Assembly: GCF_022045235.1 (NCBI RefSeq)
Contig: NW_027266273.1
Location: 16,058,001 to 16,122,000 of the forward strand
Direction of reading: 5' to 3'
From: Haliotis cracherodii
Taxonomy: Eukaryota
Length of the DNA: 64,000 nucleotides
This document shows positions 13,420 to 25,205 of this stretch, in pieces. A program made the translations under genes and the position numbers. The stretch's first letter is position 1. Each line of letters opens with the position of its first letter. Below the pieces are notes generated by a model. The model saw only the letters and a list, made by a program, of their open reading frames with translations. It was not told where the DNA came from and ran no database searches.

Positions 13420-14216
13420 AGTAACTTTTGCTGAACGAATATCGTAATTGTACAAAACTTTGTTATTAGCGCACGGAATCCTGTTAAGAGGTGGCAGAGA
13501 CTCGAGACAAACTAGAGGGTCCTTTTCATGATTCCAAAAACGTCTCCCCTGATAACAGAAAACAATTTCAAAGATGGTTAATGAAGATGTTTTCAATTAC
13601 CATCAAATAGTAATTTCCCTTCCACTGAATTACCAACCTGAACTAGAAATAAAGGAAACCAGTGAGACCGCCTCATCTGTTTCATATTTAGATCTATGTA
13701 TAAAGATTCAGAATGACAAAACATTCTCCACATGTCTTTTTGACAAGAGGGATGACTTCAACTTTACAATAGTTAACTTGCCATTCATGTCATGCAATAT
13801 TCCAGCAGCTCCAGCGATTGGTGTTTACATTTTACAACCTTTTAGATACAATCGAGCACGCTCTTTCTTCCGCGATTTCAAAGAGAGTCATACTACTTTT
13901 GCTCAGAATTTTTTTTTTATCAAGGTTAAAACATTCAAGAGCTCAGTAAAGCTTTCAAAACGTTTTATGGTAGACATGTAGAGTAATGACAAAATTATGT
14001 CCGATGCATTTCCCTTTATTGACTTGTACCATATGTTCCCGTGTTATTTTCAGGTGAACAACTGACTTGATATTGCACTGGTGTGGGAGGATAGGCTCAC
14101 CTTTTCGCGAATATCTGGTATCATCACTTTTTGATAGTGATTCATAAACACGTGCTCCTGATAAAGTTGGAATCGATATTTCTCTTGAATATGAAAAGGG
14201 TTTTGTCGCTTTTATT
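13420..14216 (+). mobile_element. Decayed Penelope-like retroelement (Naiad-type): RT C-terminus/thumb plus 3' UTR
   Basis: ORF 13574..13981 has PELEIKETSET..SVSYLDL..LFDKRDDFNF..NLPFMSCNIPAAPAIGVY..RY.RA, typical of PLE RT; upstream remnant GGR..RQT.G / SPLI; ends GGGTTTTGTCGCTTTTATT, shared with many copies. Confidence 0.85.
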
Positions 14217-14289
14217 GAATGGATGTTTCCGGTCCAGGGTGAGTCATGAGTCGAATCACAGTTTGTCCTAATATTGTTTCTATGTGTGT

Positions 14290-14935
14290 CAGCTCCATAA
14301 CTGTACTCAAGGGTTTAACCAAAGTTCTAAATATCTATAAGACCAGCATCACTTCAGGTTTGAGAACTTTATTCAATTTCCTGTTCAGTCAATGCTTCAA
14401 GAAGTGTACTTTTCTCCAAAACTGAACCCCCCAAAAGCTGAATATTTTAAGATTAACCCCTAAGTATATACCATGGTGAAGAAACGTAAATAAGAGAGAC
14501 GTTCCCTCCATTTATGATGAATTGTGAGCATGTTAAACCTGGTGGCAAATTTATGTTGTTATTTACCGGACAGTAGCCTAAGGTAGTCAATTTAGGTGTC
14601 TGTATATATATTGTAAATTTAAACGTCTTGCAAATATAATTTTGTTGTGACTCTTGAAATGCACCTTCAAACTTGGTAAGCATACGGAAAGAGGTACATG
14701 CCGCCGGTACTCTGTTAACCATGCAAATGATTCAAGGCTTTCAATTAAGTCATAAAAGACCTCCTAGACTCCAAGTACCCCATCAGTGTACAGGCTGTAA
14801 GCCTTGTCAAAGTTCTGGACTATACCAATACTCCCCAAGGCCCTAACTCGTGGTCAGAATAACGCAGGGACTAATTCGGACACATTAAAAGGGATATTAC
14901 TTGCACTCGGGAACCAATCCGAACAAAATAAAACA
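14290..14935 (-). mobile_element. Decayed LINE reverse-transcriptase fragment (CR1/L2/RTEX-like)
   Basis: Across frameshifts on the minus strand: SDWF....L.PALF, YICK.FK.TI, FIING..V, YLGVNL, IF.TLVKP, YGA, in the order of RT domain 4 to thumb. Confidence 0.5.
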
Positions 14936-15289
14936 GGTTCGTGAGACACTATGTACATATTATGAAGTAGACCTAGTCAAATACTGTGTCTCTGTTTCAA
15001 CATAACCTTTAGCCGAGGACACTTAACACTTGAATACACGATAGCAGACACTCGTCCTGCCAACTGAAACTAATTGAATAGACGGGAATAGACGTGACAT
15101 CATATTCTGATTGACATGATCGTGGGTGGTGGACAAGTGGTCTTCTTCCTTTGAGATAAAAATATATATCCTGTAAACAGTGGCTGACGATCACGACCGA
15201 GTTAGGTTCAACGCTAATTTGAATAGCATTTCAGAACGTATCAGTTGTTGCTGTTTAAAATTCACATACCGTTCAAAGTTCTGTTTAAA

Positions 15290-15545
15290 GTGAGTGAGGT
15301 TGGTTTAACCCCGCTTTGAAAAGAATATTCGAATCATCTCAGCTTATGAGCTTGATAAGGGGGAAAAGCCCGATGCAATGCAGGTCTTAGGGATTTACCT
15401 CTACTGCCAAGAGTATGGTGCTGACAAACCTAGGAACACTATCAGGGCGATTTGGGGATGGGAACCGACGAGGATAACTGTCTGGCACACTGGAGGGATG
15501 CAATTCTGCACTGTGAATTGAGGCCCCTTAGATGTCTAGGCCACC
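15290..15545 (-). mobile_element. Family B SINE, diverged
   Basis: Contains TATGGTGCTGACAAACCTAG, TGCAGGTCT and GTGAGTGAG tail, collinear with the 58793 copy. Confidence 0.75.
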
Positions 15546-16078
15546 GACTGTTCAATGTACATGCACGAGTAAGTAATGAACGGAGAGAATAGGTTCACAG
15601 TACCCCATTCTAAATGACTTGCTGAAGGCACGTTATCGTGTCCTGATGACGTGGATTGTTGTCATAGCCAAAGAGCAAACTTTCAACAGGAGCCACAGAA
15701 TTTTAGTAACGTAGCACACGAAGTAGTCGGATAATATTCTATTATTTTGATGTCTCGGGCAAAATTGTGGTGTCATTCTTTTCCCAACAGGTTAGTGTTA
15801 GGCGTCTGTGTTCAGAGAAACAAATCACATATTTACACTGTGCGTCGAAATTTCCAATGCTTATCAATACTATTCATTTCTGCGGCTTGAGTTTGAATCG
15901 TGAGAAATCACGTTCATCACAATCATGCAGTCTAGTCATTTTCACAAAGGTCAATGGTTTTTAGTCATTCACGGGTGTGCCTGTTCCAGACATATTTATT
16001 TACAGGCCTCCGCAAAGCTTGGATAAGTTGCCTGTTGTTTTATAAATAAATAAATGAATAAATGAATAAATACATATT

Positions 16079-16230
16079 GCCTGTAAATAATCGAGTCTGA
16101 ACCAGACAACCCGGTGAGCAACGATAAACGCAATCAACCAGGTCACTGTCTGACCACCAGTTCTATTAAGTCTGGTTAAGTTATGTTGGTTGCTGGTGAC
16201 CTATTCTAACCTGGATTTTCCACTTGGGTC
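16079..16230 (-). mobile_element. Family C retroposon, diverged
   Basis: TGTAAATAATCGAGTCTGAACCAGACAA...GACCTATTCTAACCTGGAT...GGGTC. Confidence 0.7.
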
Positions 16231-16766
16231 AAGTCAATAGATCGAATAAGAAAAAGGTTTTAATACTGCTATCAGCAGAAAGGAAAAGTATCATTTACAA
16301 ATCTGAAAGTGAGTATTTGCTTTAACAAAATAATATTTATATTTTGCACATGTTTCTTTGGTACATGTATGTGTTCTCCATGTGCAGGATTTCTTCAGAT
16401 TTCATTTGCTTAAAACACATGAGAAATGTTTCAAAGTACCCAATAAATCTCACAATCCTGGTAATTTGATATTGGCGACGCGTGCTAAACCTGTCAGCAG
16501 AGCAATTTTGATATCTTCATATCTTTTATTACCCCATTCGTTTGCGTGTATATTGACATATGCCCTCGTTTTAGAACACGAATATTCTGTTAATCTTACA
16601 GCTATCATTTTGTTTTGCAACAGTTGTGATTTGCACGACGCGGCTTAAGAAAGTTGCTATTGGAAACGAAAACCCTATGCTATTAAAGAGTAAACGTTAG
16701 CCCGACACGACTGCGAAAACGTGTTATAGCATTTGTTGCAAACGGCTGCCGAGAATTGTATGATAC

Positions 16767-16851
<85 letters not shown>
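16767..16851. repeat. (CA)n microsatellite
   Basis: Direct reading. Confidence 0.98.
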
Positions 16852-16854
<3 letters not shown>

Positions 16855-17585
16855 ACTTGATAGAGAACCTTAAATACTGCTTGCTTTTGAAATACTTGGA
16901 TTCGTACAATACAATCTGCGTTTAGCGTTTCTTGTGATTGTTGAATGGTTATATCACTTATATTAATAAAATCACGCCAGTGTGGAAAATACTATCACAA
17001 AAACAAGGACGCGGGTCATCTGAGAGATATTGAGGTGCCATAGATACACCAGTTCCTTCATAAAGAATCATTATTGTATTGAGATGTGGAGCTATTTCTC
17101 TCAAAAAATGCATTTTGTCTTCTTAATAAAATTCCATTAACAATATGTCTATGAATACACCATACACATTACTGAATAAACTGTAAATACACCACAATCC
17201 CAACTAGAATATGTTTCTTTTGTATTGAAACACTTTTATGTTTTTCATCACCCACAATAGAATGTGGCAATCTGACCCATTTCTATATAATTACTTTACG
17301 AATACCAGTGACGATATGTCACTTGGCTGCAACGACGCATTCGACTCTCTTCGCAATTCGAGCTATCTCACTGAGAGTCTGGCAGTCACAAAAAGTGTCA
17401 TCAAAACACATCACCGATAAGGCTCTGAAACTTGTGAACTCCTCATGATAAATGTGTTACAAGTGAAACAGTGGGATAAGGGGATTGTACAAGCTGCACA
17501 GTCGTGTACAAGCTCAAACTTGGGTGTACAAGGCCATCCAGCTCGAAAATACTATATATCACGCTCTAGCAAATACATAATGTCA

Positions 17586-17866
17586 GGGGGCACGGGTGGC
17601 CCAGTCGTCTAAGGCGCCGCGATTCGCTGTGCAGAGTTGCGTCCCTTAGGCACACCAGAAACCTATGACTGTGGATTCGATTCCCGGTTCGCCCCGATTA
17701 TGTTTCTAGGTTTGTCAGCACCATACCTGTGCTCGTGGGTTTCACCGAAGTGGTAAACGTCTGAGACCTGCATCACATCGGGCTTTCCTCCCACATTAAG
17801 CTGACACGCAGTGATATGACTGGAATACTATTAAAAGCGGCGTTAAACCCAACTCACTCACTCACT
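17586..17866 (+). mobile_element. Family B tRNA-derived SINE (V-domain-like body), full length
   Basis: Head GGTGGCCCAGTCGTCTAAGGCG...TTCGATTCCC; body GTGGGTTTC...GGGCTTTCCTCCCAC; (ACTC)n tail; 10-bp TSD CATAATGTCA at 17576 and 17867. Confidence 0.92.
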
Positions 17867-18696
17867 CATAATGTCAACGTTAGGGGATAACCACACTCGA
17901 TATCCATTGGGTGTAAAAGGCAGACATGTTGTGAAAAGTTTATCATCAGATCACTGAGAATCAGTGATGACATCAGGTGTTCTAACACATGCAACTCACA
18001 ACGTATGCAACTAGAACTGTCGAGACTTCTCTGTATGATTCTTTTTGTACAATGTTATCTAGTCTAAGATAAGTTATTTTTTACCATACTATTTCCTTCT
18101 CCTGATGCTGATTTCGTGTGGAATCGTGGTGGATAGAGACTTGCATGTTTATAATCTAGATTAGTTTTGGTGTCATAAATTACATATTTTCCACAGTCAG
18201 TGTGCAGGACCACATGTCAGCATCTGACCTATAAATCTTGTCATCAGACAAATCCTCTTAGATCCTACACTGCAGTCTTTAGACCTGTCACTAATGTTCA
18301 CAACTTCAGTGAGTGACCGATTCAGTTTATTTGGTCACAGTTGTTTAAATCGCAATACATATAGTTTATTGAAGGCGGACGGCCCGTGACGCAGATCGTG
18401 ATCCTTTACCACATTAGGGAAATCCCAAAGGTAAGCATGGATCTTGCACACTTAGGTTTATAATCTCTGCGAAAATGGGACTCGAACCTACGGCCAGTGG
18501 AACTTGAGCCGGTCTAGCGAAGCACAGTCCGATGAGGTACCATATGTGCCCTCGTCGTCGTATGGTCACACTTTTGGTTTCATTGACAGCAAACTAGAAC
18601 CGTTCAGTTAAGTCGACAGATGTCATACTTAGAATATCCTTCGTTACATATCACATAAACCTGGCTACAACGTTCTCATAACGCAAAGGAGGGGTA

Positions 18697-19273
18697 CGAG
18701 GGGCGTTCATTAAGTTTTGCTACTTTGGCATTTCTGTTTACACAAGCAATGCTAACTTGCGGCAGGTGTGGCACTAGTCATAACATCAGGTTGACACGTG
18801 TCATTACAAGTTCCAGACACAACAATAAGTTAGATATGATGTCTTCATTCACCTTAGGGTGGTGACAATCATGGATTCTCCCAAACATGAACAACGCGGT
18901 GTAATAACGTTCCTTACCAAGGTTGGGTGCAAAGCAAAAGAAATCCTTTGTGAATTAAGTGAATGTGGATTCGAACAGTTAAATCATCCACCCTACAGCC
19001 AAGACTTAGCCCCCATTGACTATTTCCTGTTCAAGCAAATGAAGTCTGCCCTCCGTGGAAGACGCTTCCAGGATGACGAGGACATAAAGGCTGCCACAGA
19101 GGCGTGGTTAGAGGGCCAATCTGCGGATTTCTATAAAAGTGGTATTACAAGTTTGAAGGACAAATGGTATAAGTTTATTGAGGTGAATGGATATTATATT
19201 AAAAATAAAAGTGCAAAATATATTCTGCGACTTGGTCTTATATTAAAGTTGCAAAACTTATTGAACGCCCTCG
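18697..19273 (+). mobile_element. Internally deleted mariner transposon
   Basis: TIRs CGAGGGGCGTTCATTAAGTTTTGC / GCAAAACTTATTGAACGCCCTCG, TA on both flanks; ORF 18859..19299 joins N-terminal EQRGVITFL..GCKAKEI to HPPYSQDLAPIDYFLF..KSALRGRRF..FYKSGI..L.DKW. Confidence 0.95.
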
Positions 19274-19295
19274 TATGTAGGTTATATGTGAATAT

Positions 19296-19465
19296 GTGAG
19301 TATGGCTTGAAGCCGCTTTGGTCAGTATTTTGGTCATATCGCGGCGTGTCAACGAACACGAGGTAATGCAGACCTGAGACGTTTACCGCTTAAGTGAAAT
19401 CCACGAGCACCGGTATGTTGCTGACAAACCTAGAAACATAGTCAGTACGAATCGGATTCAAAGCC
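19296..19465 (-). mobile_element. Family B SINE, diverged and 5'-truncated
   Basis: TGAGACGTTTACC, CCACGAGCAC and GCTGACAAACCTAGAAACATA match family B. Confidence 0.75.
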
Positions 19466-19850
19466 AATATCATATATTTCTGGTACGCCTATATATATAT
19501 ATATACATACATACAGTACATTAAGTAAACCATTTAATACAAAGGCGATCGCGAATTACCGGTCATACGTTTGTAGGAAAAAACAGAGCTAGGTGATTCG
19601 CTGATCATATGGTATTCCTCCAAATGATCTGTGTCAGCCATCAAACGATTTCGGTAATCATGTCTCTGGATGAAAAGTTAAAACAAGCATAAAAGTAATG
19701 ATATTGTGCCACGTGTGTGTGGAAATGAAGTCGGTTCGGCTTCCTGATCATGAAGGAAACGCTTAATAATACAGCCAACGAATTACGACCCTCTGTGTGA
19801 AGGCGATTTCTGAATTCAATCTATCAAAGTGTTTGCGAATTTTGTCATAC

Positions 19851-19990
19851 GGTTGGTTGGTTGGTTTGTTGTTTAACGCTGCACTCAGCAATATTCCAGC
19901 TATATGACGGCGGTATGTAAATAATCGAGTCTGGACCAGTCAATCCAGTGAGTAATATCATGACCATCGATCCACGCAATTGGGATCGAC
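19851..19990 (-). mobile_element. Family C 3' half
   Basis: (GGTT)n tail, CACTCAGCAATATTCCAGCTATATGACGGCGG, GAGTCTGGACCAG. Confidence 0.85.
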
Positions 19991-21948
19991 CATAAATTCT
20001 CTCGATGTGAATCGATTCTAAATGCCACTTAAAGACTTGAATCCCAACACAGAACAATATGAGGCACAAAAACATAAACAAGAAAAAAAACAGCAAAAAA
20101 TCTGTGTCTTTGCGCACTGTGAAAAAACCAGCACTGTATATCACAAACAATATCTGTTATTCGTTGTCCAGAAAGTCCACCTTCGGCCGATGCGATGTCG
20201 ATGAGATTTCCCTATCAGTGTAATCAGTGGTCACAAGGCTTGACCACAAACACAGTATCGATCTCTAAGAGTGGATGTTGCAAACGGGCCTGCATATCTG
20301 AGTGGACATGCCAATTGCAGACCACCGATGGGCTTCATTTTGCCCACGACTTGAGTTTCTCATTTAGACCTTATCTCCCAAAGGAATACGTCAACGACAC
20401 TACCCTTATTGACCTTAGGGTTTAATATGGGTTGTGAATATGCATTGTCTATTCCGTGGTGGCGTAACATGGGCTATAGAATACTTTGTAGTCTTAAATA
20501 GTGATTTAGGCTGATGTTGAGATTGCCTCATGGTAAAGGGCATGCGAATTGTTCTTGAGTCATTGCTATTTACATAATACACTTCATTTCAGAACACAGT
20601 GCCTTGCCGAATGTATATTTCATTTCGATGCCAAATGTGGGTGACAAGACCAGCTTGAAAACTGTATGACAATTTTGTTCAATGGAATAATGAGCATTAT
20701 TGCATAGAAACAAATAGAAAACGGTTATGGTTTACTTTCTACTTTCGCTTTCGTAAGGGATGAAGATACTTTTCTCAGTTTTAAGGCTGCTGAGTTTGAT
20801 TTTTTCCTGAGTGCCCAGGGACGAGACATTGTGTATTATTATAATGAGTTCAATATTGGATCAACTCAACACATCTTTTGTGCTAACTTTCTCTCATGAA
20901 ATTAAACAAAGGAAAGTATTACATGTATTTCTGTAGATTGTCCTTGGAATTGCTCCTTTTTTACAGTGGACATAATCGGATTGTTAAGACTTACGAGATG
21001 GGTGAAAGGCCACCCATCAGGATGAATGTGAATAAAATCAAGCAAATCATCTTTTATGTCCACTATCTTATTCTGTAAGCGTTGGCGCTCAGGCAGACAT
21101 ACAACGTTCTATTATAAAGCCAGTTTTGTCAAAGTCGGATTCGTTGTTATTACCGGTTTCGATCTGATGGGATTCTGACGAAAGGAAATACTACCTATAC
21201 TTATTGTTAACATACAGTTTGTGTCTCTGAAATGAAACTGTTTGGTTAAACGTACTTCAATTTCATCGTTACACCAGAAAAAAGTCTCGACATGATGGAC
21301 TTGCATGAGGAAGATAGTAAAATATGTTTTTTCATCAGATCCAAATACATCAGTGACTATGTAACGGTCAGCTACTATTTCGTGATCAGAGATACCGTCG
21401 TCGTTATTGGGTATTTGAAATCAGATCACCTGGCGGATAATAGCCACATGGAAAGAGAATCATTTTCCTCCGAGTGATATGAGTGACCAGATTAATTGTC
21501 CCTGTATAATCCGAGCTTTCAACTCTACATTTCAGATGATATCGGATTTAAATGTCCATTTCTGGAATACAGAAAGGGTTTTGTCGTTTTTTCCCCAAAT
21601 TTAGATAGTCATTACAAAGGAAAATAAGCATTAATGACACGGCGTATATCCGCTCTTAAATATCGTTATTATATTGCAATTGTGTTATATCTCCTCATGC
21701 TTTGTTGACCAAAAGGTGAATGGTTTCCGGGGGGTAGTGCTCAACGCATAATGACACCTTCAGTTGTTACCTTTTCATGTTTGTGGAGGAGTGGTGCCCA
21801 CTTTCACTGCCGTGGAATACGGCCTGGGCTAACAGAAAGTGACGTTAAAGGAGATTTATTCCTGATAACATCCTTTATTTTGTGAATACTTTTAACCTGT
21901 TTCACAAAGCGGGCTATAACATTCATACATGCAGCCCTAAGGGCGTTG

Positions 21949-22115
21949 TGGGGCGGTCGGGTAACCTAGTGGTGAAAGCGTTCGCTCGTCACGCCGAAGA
22001 CGGGTTCGATTCCCGACATGGGTACAATGTGTGAAGCCCATTTCTGGCGTCCCCCGCCGTGATATTGCTGGAATATTGCTAAAAGCGGCGTAAAACATAC
22101 TCACTCACTCATTCA
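21949..22115 (+). mobile_element. Family A SINE, full length
   Basis: A and B boxes, (ACTC)n tail; 12-bp TSD CTAAGGGCGTTG at 21937 and 22116. Confidence 0.95.
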
Positions 22116-22395
22116 CTAAGGGCGTTGCTCTGCTCCTTCCATTACTCTTAGTCTTTAGTGACATGTGACAGAAAGGTGATTAGACATTTCTCATTTCGTC
22201 GTTTAAATAATTGAATGTGCATAGAGACCTGTTGTTCTAGATGTATTCGACTTGCTTGAAATGTGACAGAAAGGCGATGGGAATTTCCAACCCTGACGTT
22301 TGAATAATGGAATGCATGCATATTCGAAGTGAATCAGTTTTGATAATGGGTCTCATTTATACGTTTGTGTCAAATTACTCTATTTTTATTGATAT

Positions 22396-22491
22396 AATGA
22401 TACAAAAAATAAAAATAAAATAATATATATACACACATATATATTATTAAAATAATATATGTATAGTATTATTATTATTTTTTGTATCATT
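22396..22491. repeat. AT-rich foldback (inverted repeat)
   Basis: AATGATACAAAAAATAA ... TTATTTTTTGTATCATT flank an AT-rich quasi-palindrome. Confidence 0.6.
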
Positions 22492-22892
22492 GTTTATCAT
22501 TTTATAAAGAATTTGGGGTGGGGTCTGATATTTCGATAGTGGGAAGCTTTTTTTTGTTGTTGTTGTTGTACGCCGTAGGCAAACTATTCCATCAGTAAAT
22601 ACATTATGTTATCACGCCTGGACCAAGCACGCAGGTGATTATAAACATGATGAACGATGTCACTATGCCCGACCACTCAAGCTCCATTTTATTCGACTCT
22701 AACAACATACATGAGGTACTGGGGACCTATGATAATGAAAGTAGATGTGTGTAGTTTGTCGACGTGAATCTGAAGCTCTGGTGTTTCAGAATTGAATGAC
22801 ATTCCGACATTGAAGTTTAAATTCAAAATTAACATATCGTTTCATCAATATGAGTAAATGCGCAATGATGTCACTTGGAGTACGTTTTGGCC

Positions 22893-23030
22893 TTCGCTCG
22901 TCACGCCGAAGACCCGGGTTCGAATCCCGACATGAGTACAATGTGTGAAGCCCATTTCTGGCGTCCCCCGCCGTGATATTGCTGGAATATTGCTAAAAGC
23001 TGCGTAAAACCAAACTCACTCACTCACTCA
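22893..23030 (+). mobile_element. Family A SINE, 5'-truncated
   Basis: Starts at TTCGCTCGTCACGCCGAAGACCCGGGTTCG; otherwise near-identical to the 32273 copy. Confidence 0.92.
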
Positions 23031-23223
23031 CCTTAGCTTACGACAAACTCAATAACTGCTGAAATAAACCAAAAACCCACATACTCCATAGCTTACAAAC
23101 TACACCTCAGCTAACAAACTACACTGTAGCTTACAGTAGGTTTTAATAATTAATAAAATAAACATCTGAAGGAATTAAAGTTTTACTCGACACAGTTTTC
23201 ACGAGTTTACATTTGGAAGATAT

Positions 23224-23491
23224 GGGGGCAGTCGTCTAAGGCCCTGCGATTCGCCGTGCAGAGTTGCGTCCCTTGGGCACGCCAGAAACCTATGACTGTG
23301 GGTTCGAATCCCGGTTCGCCCCGATTATGTTTCTAGGTTTGTCAGCACCATACCCGTGCTCGTGGGTTTCACCGAAGTGGTAAACGTCTGAGACCTGCAT
23401 CACTTCGGGCTTCCGTCGCACATTAAGCTGACACGCCGTGATATCACTGGAATACTGTTAAAAGCGGCGTTAAAAACCCAACTCACTCACT
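23224..23491 (+). mobile_element. Family B SINE with small head deletion
   Basis: Near-identical to the 17586 copy; flanked by TGGAAGA(T/C)AT imperfect TSD. Confidence 0.92.
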
Positions 23492-24478
23492 GTGGAAGAC
23501 ATAATATGCTGACGTTATGAATGTTCGAACATCGGGTGTCCTCACTGAATTTCAGTGATCCATTCATATCATTTTCACCGCTATTTTGACTTTTACGTCC
23601 AATGGAATCTGTTCAGGAAGATCTTCGAGATTATTTTTCAACATTAAATGATTATTGCTTGAACAGTTAAGTTGTAATGCGATATATTATTTCTAATTTC
23701 TTATTTCCAATCTTATTTCTTCAAACAGCAAATTTATGGTTTTCAATTTCGTTCACATTTCTCATGTTGCTAATACATTTCCCTCCCCGGTGGATCTAAA
23801 TCGACTCAGAACATTTGTTATTAATGTTTATGAAAAAATGTTTAATTTGATCTTTTCGTGTAGGAAGAACACGCAGTCACTTTCTGTGACAAAAGTACAC
23901 CATAGACTAACATTATATTGTATTGCATATATGTGTATCTATATACGATCAATTTCCCGATATATTTAGATATATGTTTGGTTAACACGCATACATTTAG
24001 TGTGTTCCTTGTTTTTTCCCACATCAGATTCTAATTTGGTTCCGCCAGGGTCCGCCAACTGTGTTGTGCACACAGTGTGATGTGGCCGTTGTCCACATAC
24101 AGATACGGACTGTGTATGTTGCTGACAGTGTTATGTGTAACCCGAACCAGGAAGAACAATCTTCAGATCTTCTGTTGTTAAGACTGGAAGACATCCTGCA
24201 GACGGAATTCTGAAACCGTATATTGTATCCTATTCACAAAAGGATATCTGAGACAAAAAAGATAGATCTCGTCGAAAGATGATAAACAGGATGAACGCTC
24301 CTAGATTACAGGATGTAACATTACTTCATGGCTTGCTAACTCCACCATTTCCCATTGGGCATAATCCAATTTGAAAAACAGTTTAGCCCTGAGTTTCAAC
24401 TCAAAGCATTATTACCTGTATAGTATAAGAGCGGTGTTCCCCGTGAGAAATGTATCCGATTAATAGGCGACGTTTATA

Positions 24479-24480
<2 letters not shown>

Positions 24481-24514
<34 letters not shown>
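24481..24514. repeat. (TTA)n microsatellite
   Basis: Direct reading; abuts the 3' end of the R4/Dong-like fragment. Confidence 0.97.
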
Positions 24515-24820
24515 GTACAGATTAAAATAAACAAATGCAGCAAAGGGGGTTTGGGTGATCCTGGCACAGTCAGGCTGGTTAGCCTCATTATCAGCTCAGG
24601 GCCCTTGTCTCCTCAACACGCAGCCCAGACAGCGAATAGGACCTCCCAGGAAGCGTTGCCCAGTCAAACCACCCAGAACTTTTCGGAGAATGTGAAGACT
24701 CCCCAACACTGCAGCCTTCTGCATTACCAAGATTGTCAGAAAGGCTGTATTCCTGGAAGCAAACCCGGGCACTCTCCAAATGTCGGTCAACAGATTTGGA
24801 GGTTCCAAACCTGAGGCACA
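24515..24820 (-). mobile_element. 5'-truncated R4/Dong-like non-LTR retrotransposon (end of RLE domain plus 3' UTR)
   Basis: ORF 24596..24808 contains MQKAAVLGSLHILRKVL, matching the QK..llG...IlRkvL C-terminus of R4-clade proteins; the 3' end runs into (TAA)n. Confidence 0.7.
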
Positions 24821-25023
24821 CAGAAAAATGGGGAGTCGGACAACTTAGTATGAGGGATGCAAGCGTGATATTTCGAAAGCGAGGTCCGCATATTTGCCCT
24901 GTTTTTCCTGAATCGTGTCAATCACATCAGAGCCAAAAGGGACAGAAAATTCAATAATAGAAATGATTTCATTGGATTTATCAAAAAGGACAAGCAAGTA
25001 GTGTCAAGTAATGCAAGTTGTGT

Positions 25024-25205
25024 GAATAAACGCCACAAAACCCTTTCCATATACTTTAGAAATCTCTTTCGATTGTACGATTCCGACTTTTTCATGAGCA
25101 TGTGTTTATGAATCAGTATCAAATAATGACGATACCAGGTGTTGTGATACAAAATATCCTTGAAAAGCAGAGCGTATCCCGCCCGACCGGTGGCATCCAT
25201 CACAA
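25024..25205 (-). mobile_element. Penelope-like 3' UTR fragment
   Basis: AATAAACGCCACAAAACCCTTTCC...GAGCATGTGTTTATGAATC...GATACCAGGTGTT...ACCGGTGGCA. Confidence 0.75.

Noticed and set aside
14040-14216. SECIS element in the Naiad-type 3' UTR
   Set aside because: No clear AUGA/AA/GA stem arrangement visible in these decayed copies.
20330-20660. Possible RTEX-like LINE remnant on the minus strand
   Set aside because: Only faint SLFK..PML and GEI similarity across frameshifts; too weak to call.
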